A stretch of 19,227 nucleotides of DNA, taken from a virus (lineage: Duplodnaviria > Heunggongvirae > Uroviricota > Caudoviricetes). The stretch lies in IMG/VR virus record IMGVR_UViG_3300029740_000238. The stretch is one strand, 5' to 3'. Positions 10,101 to 16,939 of this stretch are shown here, piece by piece. A program made the translations under genes and the position numbers. The number at the start of each line of letters is the position of its first letter. The stretch's first letter is position 1. The notes below the pieces were generated by a model, which made no database searches, was not told where the DNA came from, and was given only the letters and a program-made list of their open reading frames with translations.

Positions 10101-13055
10101 AAGAAGTATGTTCTGGCTGTTGCAGGCGGTGGCGGTGCTAACCAGCACGGCGCTTGCGATGCTACTGGCGGTTCCGATAACAACGGCGTCCTGCATGTCT
10201 GGGGCGGCCAGCTTGGCGGCGGTGGTCCGTTTGGCCAAGGTATGTCTGGCGGCGACTTCTCTATGTTCCTCGGTGGTATTACTGATGGTTCTTCTGAGGT
10301 TGGTGTTGAAGGCCCTGGCGGTGGCGGCGGCGGCTGGTACGGCGGCTACGCTAACGAGTCCTCTAAACTCGCCAATGCAGATGGCTGGGGCAGCTGTAAG
10401 CGCGACGGCAATGGCGGTTTGAGCTGGGCTGCAGGCGTTGGTACTACTCTAACTGATGCAGGTGGACACAAGGTTCAGGTCTTGGAAGTCAACATCAGCA
10501 ATGATGGCGGCGGTTCCGGTTCTGAACAGGCTGGTAATTCCAGCATTGAGCTGGTCAAATCCTCTGTTTCTCGTTTCTCTCGTAACGGCAAGAATGCTTT
10601 CGATACCGCATACGAAGATACCGACCCCGATTCCGGTATTGAGGAACAGCATGTAACCATTACTATCACTGCAGCCAATAAGCTGTATGATGGCAACCCC
10701 GATGAAGCTTCCATCAGCGTTTCCGGCAACCTGTCTTCTACCGATATGGACAATATCGTGAAGAACACCACTATCGTCTATGCTAACCGTAAAGGTACAT
10801 TGACGAAGGCTCCAAGCGATGCGTCTACGGACAAGAACCAGTATCCGCGCTCCGATTGCGGTTCCTATACCGCAACAGCAAAATGTACGGTGTCGGGTTA
10901 CATCATCACATATCGCTACGAGAACACGAACCCCGGTCATACTTATGACGGCAGCAGTCCGAGCGGTATTGGTGATACCGTCAAGTTCGATATCTATCCT
11001 CGCGGATTGACGATTATCGGTACTGGCGATAAACCCTACGACCGCACCAGCAAGGCAACTCTGGAAAATGTTCATATTGCTTCTGGCGGCTTGATTGCGA
11101 AGGACGAGAACACTGTGAAGCTGAGCACCACTACGGTGACTGGTAACTACACGGTTGATGGCAAGAATGTCAGCGATGCTGGCGGTCCCTATGTCGTCAT
11201 CCGAACCAGTGAACTCTCTCTCGTTGGCAACAGCGCAGGCAACTACTACATTGAGAAGGAAGACTTGTCTGGCTCTATCACTCCTCTGGATTTGTACGTT
11301 CACAGTATTTATCTGGAAGACCCGACCTATCCTCGCAACGTCAAACACTATGACGGCACGACCAAAGCCACCATTAAGGATATCCTGATTGATGGCGTGC
11401 TTGAAGGTGATGACGTTAAGATTAAGGAAGAAACCCTTCCCGGCAACTATAAGACCAAGGATGCTGGCCAGAAGCTGAATGCAGATGGCACGGTAAGCTC
11501 CAACTGGCCTTATGAGTTGGACGAGAATCCGATTACGGCAGATGCTCATCCAACACTGACTGGTAAGGATGCCAAGAACTACCGTATCACAAAGGAGAAG
11601 TATTCCGGCGCTATCGCACGCGCCAACCTGACCGCACAGGTTGCAAGTTGGCGTGGACTGTATGGTGACGGCGTAGGGGAAAAGCCCTGGCACGACAAAA
11701 AGGCTTACGGTTACGGCACTGCGGCTTCTGCAGGCTGCTGGCTGGAAATTGATGGTCTGGTGCAGGGTGATACCTTGACTTTGGACCAGAGCTACAAGAA
11801 GTCTTATTTCAAGACTCTGGTAAATGGTCACGAAGACCTGGTTCCTGACGAATCGACTCCTGTTGGCACTTATCCGTTAACTTATGTTGGTTTGACTGAA
11901 GCTAATTACCCCGTCCTGAAGAACTATATTGTCATGGTTCTGAATGGCCGCTTTGTCGTTGACCCGCGTCAGCTGCATGTGACGGTTCTTGACAGCGATA
12001 AGATTATCTACAACGAGAACCCGAACTTCCATGTGAACATTCAGATGGAAGATGACGATGCAAATCTGATTGATGTCGTGAGCGACGTTGACGCTACTCC
12101 GATTCTGGATGCAAAGCTCAAGGCGAAAGATACAGTCAGCAGCGTCTTGTACGTTGCGGGCGGTAATCCCTCCAACCTGACTCAAGAATTTGTGGATGCC
12201 TACGATTATCGTAAGCAGGAAAATGTCAAGGAAAGCAAGACCAATATCCCGTTTGTGACCGATTGCACCATCAGCTCCCTGCCTCTGTACGCAGATGGTA
12301 CGAGCACCGATGATGATTTTGAGTGGAACTACGAGGATAAGACCTGCGATTTCTGCCATTACAACCACAAACTCCTGGCTCCGTATCTGGTGACCATCAA
12401 CACCGACACCAAGAGTGGTCCTGCATTGGATGTTCATACGGTCGTTAACCCGAATGGTGAAACGGTTCGCAACTACGAGCTGATTATCCATGATGGCGGC
12501 CTGTATGTGCATCCGGCTCTGCTGAAGGCTACGGTTCCTCTGTATGTCTGTATGTATGGCAACACCACGAGCGGTGAAGTCAAAGAGCCTACCAACTATC
12601 GCATCACGAACTACTCTACTGTGGCTATCCAAATCAAGAATATCAAGGCCAATGGTCCTTGGCTGATGCGTGATATGCCTGGCATGGAGTACTACCCTGA
12701 CGGCGAGTATGGCAACTCGGTATACGACATGACAAAGAACCGTCTGCGCCGTGGCGAGCTGTACATGCGTCTGCGCGATACCGTCCTGACTCAGGGTGAT
12801 AACGCAATTGACCATAGCGATACGGCTTGGGTCATTCCGAAAGCTACCGGCGATTTCATCAACAACAACATCACTGGACGCGCAATGCAGGTGCCTATGG
12901 CAGTCTACATTGCAACCGGTAATGTGAATGAATCCGGTGTCTGCACTCCGGTCACGAAAGTGACCTACACGATTGCTCCGTACGGTGGCGTGATGCCGAA
13001 CGATGCGGACTTCGAGAAAGTGCAGTCTCAGCCGTGGCTCAAAGACGCAAAATGA
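4146..13055 (+). CDS. Giant secreted mosaic surface protein / putative adhesin (~2969 aa)
   Basis: RBS AAAGGA at 4131-4136, then ATG 4146. Sec signal peptide (MQKIMQKVTSVALAASMLFSMMSTTALAFA), acidic linker, Ig-like repeats (YRWQ...YRCRIT; VTWYY...FKCEY; FRCVF), Gly-rich domain (~9700-10550), YDG repeats (KLYDG, KPYDRT, KHYDGTT) and MBG-like repeats (TPVGTYPLT...NY...G.FVVDPRQL). Confidence 0.9.
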   Translation: MQKIMQKVTSVALAASMLFSMMSTTALAFADDTVDSTSVSTDVTTDAPAAEEADAVDSGSSTDADSSDATSAPTITDVVDLTHESYEDTDSNDETTQDATSDVVDGEETSESDANDTEVSTPETAEPTFVGLQTVTPEYGDKLTADVGDSITLDALLNRDDVSVTYRWQRKQNFAVDTALAWYNYEEGEPTWYNFVIEDTTEHTVLEERPDYVWQGCEMYYAVVDALDEIGADSSDVQIAYHTPNFVLDGYTITAANTKDGTVEVYASNGESTYTAHLNDDGKWEFSDESTANLKNDWQDIEGATESTYTFEVTEDDLFATYRCRITVTDEAYREENFKALEDLGNELTDEDKVGDIILQTVQFSVSLPEDENSSDVATQNMPDTVVMLADTFSSRSADSIAISSDNQWITGLNGNYEYITKNMYDQVTEWFKAGKIDKATADRYWTRIGGSFNTSHFTANVLDDNKFPTGTTREYMGFPLTDGDKLEVNSEWYGQTVYFRPHNDSNDWNLTGTAVNVPAYTAVLRNNGSYGTGASGTKYKDAVVFLNPWISDAGHVYANYINYITDNGWLCNNDGSHMRQHITVLSIKVETFNQDPDRYMMDAEGNYRIDSIGWGVCVNQEPDLSGKAYYAIKAFLSQGYGMCIGHDTMYAYAGSWYDAHEAGYTDPGSRDYYEGGRYGPDKNDTSTRYYVLNSVPNIDNGHWNMNALMGANGGNIDSGTVLPTDAISMILSTGGSHSSYGKAGIMYGSDQLSVKLKPYSNSQAQSTVKYRNPTNFPYDFPSTLSAAKTHSNSQVAFGPIWVDYAGGNVTGAEFGYNPDPTTKTITDEETGQSWFGTSNFYLSGTGNFLMNQIGHLPNNQATRDESALFANTVMYISQRKQCEICAAQQNGQEDVHFVIRVSSVNAQQVLSALQAGGTFWYPLNGCYQLTDDLTLPEGWKPIKNFSGHWNADVYKVKLASNNQPVFDNTSVTANGMYTSGKNNGWNLGSDMTKGTLPILKLDNQPDVRITGVARVVGDLNALFPTSYGVTDYTGYKVVVHGSDGVDYNCVVNSDSKYVISNLPTTGMMRADVIDKSGNKVTQFGMITVDVPNHFWNDTETHPLQLMTPTADPIDDYKDWEGPVNKTVDSKLYYNEQLKASDVTWYYRIISVDNQVGDWVKIGNPGTSFDTSDGTVSGKINSLTFTAATDSDLPYTTSSVSYSKLDYTTNRIQFKCEYTLSGAVYSSMDKAEDGRNGYVDVEIRPMYIEQAFDRRISVGGSTSFSFDAFYWKGVEDGLTYEVQYRDASGNWVAVGSDASLFPSSKYKISYVTKTDDNDALGGGVWYPSDFWVPDSFTGSDAKMNAGKSTFNKHTTVTLELSNAAMDWDGTDFRCVFTYKSTGHTMSTDTTTANDIAQARTGHLIIYAPPIEMTPLKAQSLLLNNYDSSNGNLAWTTPASNPNNGRSPKEIPLDAINPDKLGQGGKAYGAAGDNKAIYTTKITYYGNKDSAPTIKWLYSDVAGGGSLSQFKDVGDAVTLKYSDVGKKIGNISKLNSRVAELEKSFMSSGKAFNKFSGYIKLEAMYPTESKDLNNSSYAEWNAIVSLYIDNATNPMDYGNTHFYFRCQAEAQYMQNWDSADMKPYTTAATDAYNFNRDVNSSNPEDHLYKDISQSSYGAELVLDYNISIKANVPNKATKKRNTITTANGSAKDISTLRNEISEINTALNNGGAVYNYKDLAIIAPNGLRYMETYFIAGNGVNNRSGIDSRDTVVIDNKIRNSDGKCFTDLFEKVTDDEFVNKRQGFAYRSKSGNTIPKETWEWFWRNAIYYICYDAPTTKANMDQVYFYIDEQNSGASSSQVYSEPNSTSKPYSMYTAPYTGEYIITLNGAGGGVDNQFGLSPERTSLGGKTRIRVKAEKGATLYFVNGGAGSHDPTHYVNGASSPDANAKVVVQGGYNGGGNGGIMMKERYTHWSLKGASGGGATTVAVGIIGTGRLAEYGDENTAKKYVLAVAGGGGANQHGACDATGGSDNNGVLHVWGGQLGGGGPFGQGMSGGDFSMFLGGITDGSSEVGVEGPGGGGGGWYGGYANESSKLANADGWGSCKRDGNGGLSWAAGVGTTLTDAGGHKVQVLEVNISNDGGGSGSEQAGNSSIELVKSSVSRFSRNGKNAFDTAYEDTDPDSGIEEQHVTITITAANKLYDGNPDEASISVSGNLSSTDMDNIVKNTTIVYANRKGTLTKAPSDASTDKNQYPRSDCGSYTATAKCTVSGYIITYRYENTNPGHTYDGSSPSGIGDTVKFDIYPRGLTIIGTGDKPYDRTSKATLENVHIASGGLIAKDENTVKLSTTTVTGNYTVDGKNVSDAGGPYVVIRTSELSLVGNSAGNYYIEKEDLSGSITPLDLYVHSIYLEDPTYPRNVKHYDGTTKATIKDILIDGVLEGDDVKIKEETLPGNYKTKDAGQKLNADGTVSSNWPYELDENPITADAHPTLTGKDAKNYRITKEKYSGAIARANLTAQVASWRGLYGDGVGEKPWHDKKAYGYGTAASAGCWLEIDGLVQGDTLTLDQSYKKSYFKTLVNGHEDLVPDESTPVGTYPLTYVGLTEANYPVLKNYIVMVLNGRFVVDPRQLHVTVLDSDKIIYNENPNFHVNIQMEDDDANLIDVVSDVDATPILDAKLKAKDTVSSVLYVAGGNPSNLTQEFVDAYDYRKQENVKESKTNIPFVTDCTISSLPLYADGTSTDDDFEWNYEDKTCDFCHYNHKLLAPYLVTINTDTKSGPALDVHTVVNPNGETVRNYELIIHDGGLYVHPALLKATVPLYVCMYGNTTSGEVKEPTNYRITNYSTVAIQIKNIKANGPWLMRDMPGMEYYPDGEYGNSVYDMTKNRLRRGELYMRLRDTVLTQGDNAIDHSDTAWVIPKATGDFINNNITGRAMQVPMAVYIATGNVNESGVCTPVTKVTYTIAPYGGVMPNDADFEKVQSQPWLKDAK

Positions 13056-13096
13056 CCTTCCCAGTGTGACCTGATGGTCGCTTCTGTACAACATTT

Positions 13097-13135
13097 GAGG
13101 GCAGTCGAGAAATCGGCTGCCCTCTCTTTTTATTT
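13097..13135 (+). terminator. Intrinsic terminator of the giant gene
   Basis: GAGGGCAGTCGA-GAAA-TCGGCTGCCCTC followed by TCTTTTTATTT. Confidence 0.9.
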
Positions 13136-13168
13136 GTGCTTGCTGCTTCGCCCTACCTGCATTTGAGC

Positions 13169-13322
13169 AAAAAATAAAGGAACGCCTACAATACCGTGGT
13201 ATTGTCCGATGTCCCTTCGTGACTGGTTTGTATCGTTGCTCGCCAACCGACAGGTCTTTGTACCCTGCATCTCACTCGGATTATAGGTGCCAGTCCACCA
13301 GCAGAATGACGTCTGCTTTCCT
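13169..13322 (-). ncRNA. Candidate structured small RNA (~155 nt), family not recognised
   Basis: Bounded by a TTTACA/TATAAT promoter and by a hairpin plus U-tract; several internal stems; no RBS-led ORF within the predicted transcript. Confidence 0.55.
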
Positions 13323-13328
13323 GCTACC

Positions 13329-13358
13329 ATTATACCTCACTCGCACTCGAAATGTAAA
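13329..13358 (-). promoter_or_regulatory. Minus-strand promoter with TGCGA box
   Basis: Reverse complement reads TTTACA-tttcgag-TGCGAGTGAG-g-TATAAT, a perfect -10 with the TGCGA box at the same offset as in the other copies. Confidence 0.65.
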
Positions 13359-13382
13359 CGGCTTTCGGCTCTAACCAAATGA

Positions 13383-13416
13383 CAGCTGCTCCAATTTCGG
13401 GAGTGGCTGCTTTTTT
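13383..13416 (+). terminator. Terminator-like hairpin between the divergent promoters
   Basis: CAGCTGCTCC-AATTTCG-GGAGTGGCTG-C-TTTTTT (10-bp stem with 2 G-U pairs). Confidence 0.55.
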
Positions 13417-13456
13417 GCGCGTAATATCTGAAAGAATCTCCGCTAAAAACCAACCG

Positions 13457-13484
13457 TTGCGAATTCGTGCGATTCGCGGACAAT
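13457..13484 (+). promoter_or_regulatory. Promoter with TGCGA box, upstream of the lipoprotein pair
   Basis: TTGC-gaattcg-TGCGATTCGC-g-GACAAT. Confidence 0.7.
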
Positions 13485-13545
13485 AAAGCTTGTAAGCATG
13501 AATGTACCAATTTGAATAGTATTTACACCTAATAGAAAGGATTGC

Positions 13546-14541
13546 ATGACTGTGAAACGATTGAAACAAATTATCACAATCGGCTGCGTTGCGGTGGTCG
13601 CTGCGCTGCTGATGGCTGGATGCGGTGAGCATCGGCTGGTATCGATTTCGATGCCGGAAACGATAGATTTGAAGCTCGGTGAAAGCACCGCAATTGAACT
13701 GACCGGAACTCTTAAAAATGGCACTGAGGTAACGGGAGACCAGCTCACGCAGCTTCTCGAACATCGAGGAATGACATTTGAGAGCTTTGCGCCGAGCGTT
13801 GCATCTTTGGATGACACGCTGCGCTTGACGGCCAACTCGTCCGGCAGAACGGAAATCAATATCTATAGCCGGGATAACAAGCTGAACTGCAGCGCGGAAG
13901 TGACTGTCGTATCTCCGCTTGAAGGCTTTGAGATGGATGATATTATCACTACTACTGATAACAATTTAGTGAATCCCGAATACACCACAATTCCCGAAAC
14001 GGCTGATGTGGGTGAAGTTACGGTAAGTGTGGGGGATGAATCGATTGCCCGAGTGGAGAACAATAAGATTGTTCCTCTGAAAGCCGGAACCACCACGGTC
14101 ACTATCACGGCAGATAATGGTGTGTCCAAGACTGTGAAACTCAAGGTCAAGCAGGCTCCGAAAGAGCTCTATGCCGACAACCTGGAAATCGAAATCGGAG
14201 AGACTAAGACGATTCATGTCTATACTGATGTTCCTGACCCTGATACGGATAACGATAACAGCCTGTATGAGTTTGAGAACACCGACAATTCGGTTTGTGC
14301 CGTCAACGTTAAGGGTGAAGTGACGGGCATTTTGGTCGGCACCAGCAAGGTCAAGGTTACGAACAGCAGCGGCCTTGAGACAACAATGACGGTAAATGTT
14401 GTACCGAAAACCGCACACATGACGCTGACTTTTGGCGCATCTGAGGATACCGAAAGCACCAACGAAAACACTGAAAATCAGCCCGCAGAAGCCACTGACA
14501 ACGCCGATTCCAGCCAGGATAGCGTGGGAGGTGATGAATGA
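13546..14541 (+). CDS. Lipoprotein with bacterial Ig-like (Big_2-type) repeats
   Basis: RBS AGAAAGGA; lipobox LMAG-C; repeats such as VGDESIARVENNKIVPLKAGTTTVTITA and TDNSVCAVNVKGEVTGILVGTSKVKVT; acidic tail. Confidence 0.88.
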   Translation: MTVKRLKQIITIGCVAVVAALLMAGCGEHRLVSISMPETIDLKLGESTAIELTGTLKNGTEVTGDQLTQLLEHRGMTFESFAPSVASLDDTLRLTANSSGRTEINIYSRDNKLNCSAEVTVVSPLEGFEMDDIITTTDNNLVNPEYTTIPETADVGEVTVSVGDESIARVENNKIVPLKAGTTTVTITADNGVSKTVKLKVKQAPKELYADNLEIEIGETKTIHVYTDVPDPDTDNDNSLYEFENTDNSVCAVNVKGEVTGILVGTSKVKVTNSSGLETTMTVNVVPKTAHMTLTFGASEDTESTNENTENQPAEATDNADSSQDSVGGDE

Positions 14542-15035
14542 TGAGACATATCAAGAAGTTCGCAGCACTGCTCCTTGCAGCTATCTGCACCATGATGGTT
14601 CTGACTGGATGTGTGGATAAGGCTTCTCTGTATGATGATACGCAGCAGATTGCGGCCGGAAGGACGGCATACTCTGCGACCGGGTATCAAGGTGGCTATG
14701 TGATGGGCGACGGGTCTTTTGATTTCACGGCAAGCGCTGATAAGCTTGTAGGAGCCGTTGAAGCGTTTGATATTGACGTCAAGAATGAGTCCACCCTCGT
14801 TGACTGCTATACGACTGCTGATACGACAAGCGGCAAATTCAAGATTCTGCTCGTCCACACTGACAACAAACAGATTGTTGCTGAGTACATTGATGACGCA
14901 TACAGTGACCTGGTTCTTCCTGTCGGTAACTACAAGGTTTATCTTGTAGGCAAGGACAATGCAGCGTTCAATGTTAGTATCAGCCTTTACTGCTTTGGCG
15001 AAAATGTAAGCTGGTACGAACCGTCTAAAAAATAA
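14538..15035 (+). CDS. Lipoprotein, hypothetical (probably beta-sandwich)
   Basis: ATGA overlap with the upstream stop; RBS GGAGGTG; signal peptide with lipobox VLTG-C. Confidence 0.85.
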   Translation: MMRHIKKFAALLLAAICTMMVLTGCVDKASLYDDTQQIAAGRTAYSATGYQGGYVMGDGSFDFTASADKLVGAVEAFDIDVKNESTLVDCYTTADTTSGKFKILLVHTDNKQIVAEYIDDAYSDLVLPVGNYKVYLVGKDNAAFNVSISLYCFGENVSWYEPSKK

Positions 15036-15050
15036 AACATAGTTTCTTTC

Positions 15051-15085
15051 AGTGCCCTGGGACGAAAAAACCTGGGGCATTTTTT
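15051..15085 (+). terminator. Intrinsic terminator of the lipoprotein operon
   Basis: AGTGCCCTGGG-ACGAAAAAA-CCTGGGGCATT-TTTT. Confidence 0.75.
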
Positions 15086-15104
15086 GATTTTAGAAAAAAT
15101 ATTG

Positions 15105-15132
15105 TTGCGGAAATGTGCGAATCAAAGATAAT
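15105..15132 (+). promoter_or_regulatory. Promoter with TGCGA box, upstream of the MTase-like to parM operon
   Basis: TTGC-ggaaatg-TGCGAATCAA-a-GATAAT. Confidence 0.65.
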
Positions 15133-15299
15133 GAAAACATAGGGCAAAAAAGCACGTTAATCGCTGAAAAAAGTGACTGCCTTTTCTTTTTTTGTCTTGT
15201 TTTTGGAAAGCAAATGTGTCTTTTCGAGAGCATCCAAAAAAAATGGTGTCACAAGAACAAATTACAATGTACCTTTTCAAAAATAACAAGGAGGTTTTT

Positions 15300-15818
15300 A
15301 TGAAATCCACCAAAAGCGTCAACAGCAGCGTGAGCAGTGCCATTGCGGGTGAATGGGAAACCCCGGATGAACTGTTCCAGGAACTTGACCGCGTTTATCA
15401 TTTCACTTTGGATGCCTGTGCCCGCCCCGAAAATGCCAAGTGCCAGAAGTTCTTTACCAAGAAGGAAGATGGTCTTGCACAGGATTGGCGCGGCAATGTC
15501 GTGTATTGCTGCCCTCCGAGCGGGACCCGAAATCTGCGCCTGTGGGTTGCGAAGGGTGCTGCTGAGGGCAAAAAGAAGAACACGACCGTTGTCATGCTGC
15601 TGCCGGTATCGACTGATGCTGCCTGGTTTCAGGAACACATCTATCTCCAGCCTGGCGTTCGGGTGCATTTCCTGCCGGAACGAGTTAAGTTCACCAACCG
15701 CCTGCTGCCGTCCTATGCAAAGTATGGTCAGAACGGAACGAAGGACCCTGCCGGTGGTATGCGACCCTCAATGGTGGTTGTGTTCACCGGCTCGAAGCGC
15801 AAGTTCTGCTGTGAATGA
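15300..15818 (+). CDS. Phage-type DNA N6-adenine methyltransferase (Dam-like) homologue with an altered catalytic motif (172 aa)
   Basis: RBS AAGGAGG before ATG 15300. Family motifs EWETP..LF..LD..YHFTLDACA...NAKC..FFT..EDGL.QDW, VVMLLP..TD..WF and PSMVVVF are present. The expected CNPPY reads CCPPS. Confidence 0.85.
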   Translation: MKSTKSVNSSVSSAIAGEWETPDELFQELDRVYHFTLDACARPENAKCQKFFTKKEDGLAQDWRGNVVYCCPPSGTRNLRLWVAKGAAEGKKKNTTVVMLLPVSTDAAWFQEHIYLQPGVRVHFLPERVKFTNRLLPSYAKYGQNGTKDPAGGMRPSMVVVFTGSKRKFCCE

Positions 15819-15841
15819 ATAGGGAAAGGAGATAGAAAACC

Positions 15842-16450
15842 ATGAAAAAGAAAATCACGATTGTGGATAAGGACCTGAACCAGCTTGTGGTTGTTGCAGA
15901 TTGCAGTAGTGCTCTGTATCAGGACCGGGGCACGAAACTCGGTGAGCAGAATCTTCTTTCCGATACTGCCGTCACCTTTAAGGTCTATGATGGAACGGCT
16001 CAAGTTGCTGTAATGATGGCAGACATCCTTCAGGTTCCGACCAAGCAGGGAACGATGGCGGATATCTGGCCTACTCCTGCCAATCCGCTTCCCGACAAGC
16101 AGCTTGCCATCAACTATCTCTGTGCCCGAAATGCTGAATGCCAGATGTTGTGCGACAAAGACCCGAAAGACAGCGTTGCGATGGTCCTGCCTATTACGAC
16201 ACATCTTTATATCGACTCTATCAAAGTCGAGAACGCCTATAAACGGCGCGGGATTGCTACCGGTATGCTGGACTTTGCTGTGAGCCTTGCTTTGCCCGAA
16301 ACCATCGGCTTGTTCTGCGCCAATGAGGACGCAGAGATGAAAGCAATACTGAAAGCCCTCAAATTCGCTCAGTCCCCACTCAAGGCACAGAACATGCCCT
16401 GGAAAGAGAAGTACTTCTACTACAAGCGCCTCAAGCGCCTGGCTCGATAA
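15842..16450 (+). CDS. GNAT-family N-acetyltransferase-like protein
   Basis: RBS AAAGGAG; acetyl-CoA binding motif A-like LYIDSIKVENAYKRRGIATGML; C-terminal N...KAILKALKF pattern. Confidence 0.72.
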   Translation: MKKKITIVDKDLNQLVVVADCSSALYQDRGTKLGEQNLLSDTAVTFKVYDGTAQVAVMMADILQVPTKQGTMADIWPTPANPLPDKQLAINYLCARNAECQMLCDKDPKDSVAMVLPITTHLYIDSIKVENAYKRRGIATGMLDFAVSLALPETIGLFCANEDAEMKAILKALKFAQSPLKAQNMPWKEKYFYYKRLKRLAR

Positions 16451-16468
16451 ATTATCAGGAGGCTTTTA

Positions 16469-16921
16469 TTGATGGAATCTAATAAACCGCTTCGTACACA
16501 TCCCAAGATGACGAAAGTTTTGCTCGGCCAGATTGATTCACTGGATAAGGCAGGACATTCGGTTGAAGACATTGCAGCTACACTGAATACTACTCCGGAA
16601 GCTGTTCAGCGTGGCATCGATAAGTTGATTGACCGGCGACGCTCTGAGATTCGTGCAACGCCTGGTGGTGCATTTACGGTGGCTGCTCAAAAGAAAACGG
16701 TCCGCGCCGTATGTGCCGAACGGAGCTGCCCATGGCGCTGTGACGCGAAGGACTACTGCGTTTGGCCGACTTGCCTGAAACGGACGGTCAATCTTGACAA
16801 GACCGTTCCGGTATGTGCCAGCGTCGTGAGCAGTGAGACAATGTCCAATAATGCAATGCCTGGGACTGAGCCTGAAGTTGGGCCCAGTGCTGAAGCTAAA
16901 ACTCAAGCCCCGAATGTCTGA
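16469..16921 (+). CDS. Putative HTH DNA-binding protein with a Cys-rich segment
   Basis: RBS AGGAGG (start is TTG 16469 or ATG 16472); HTH-like GHSVEDIAATLNTTPEAVQRGI; Cys cluster CAERSCPWRCDAKDYCVWPTC. Confidence 0.7.
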   Translation: MMESNKPLRTHPKMTKVLLGQIDSLDKAGHSVEDIAATLNTTPEAVQRGIDKLIDRRRSEIRATPGGAFTVAAQKKTVRAVCAERSCPWRCDAKDYCVWPTCLKRTVNLDKTVPVCASVVSSETMSNNAMPGTEPEVGPSAEAKTQAPNV

Positions 16922-16939
16922 GAAGGAGGATTATGAATT

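Noticed and set aside
12345..12359. CDFCH, a CxxCH haem-c-like motif in the giant protein (also CEIC at 6792-6803)
   Set aside because: A single motif in a loop of a stalk repeat, with no cytochrome context or maturation genes in the window; a disulfide or Zn site is more plausible.
4326..13094. Long minus-strand ORFs (396, 621, 727, 460 and 405 aa) opposite the giant gene
   Set aside because: They are antisense shadows of a codon-biased gene, with no RBS or recognisable motifs. The same applies to the antisense ORFs over iscB, the lipoproteins and parM.
13130..13330. 66-aa minus-strand ORF overlapping the candidate ncRNA
   Set aside because: Its ATG overlaps the -10 hexamer, upstream of the predicted TSS; it has no RBS and runs through the terminator.
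3973..15178. AGTCACTTTT (3973-3982) and its reverse complement AAAAGTGACT (15169-15178) near two promoters
   Set aside because: Only 10 bp in AT-rich DNA, with inconsistent orientation and position relative to the promoters; likely chance.
15140..15290. A/T-tract-rich leader considered as a parC centromere or a c-di-GMP/c-di-AMP riboswitch (AGGGCAAA, AATCGCTGAA)
   Set aside because: Only weak TGTC/CTTTTC echoes and no regular iteron array; the downstream conserved riboswitch cores are absent.
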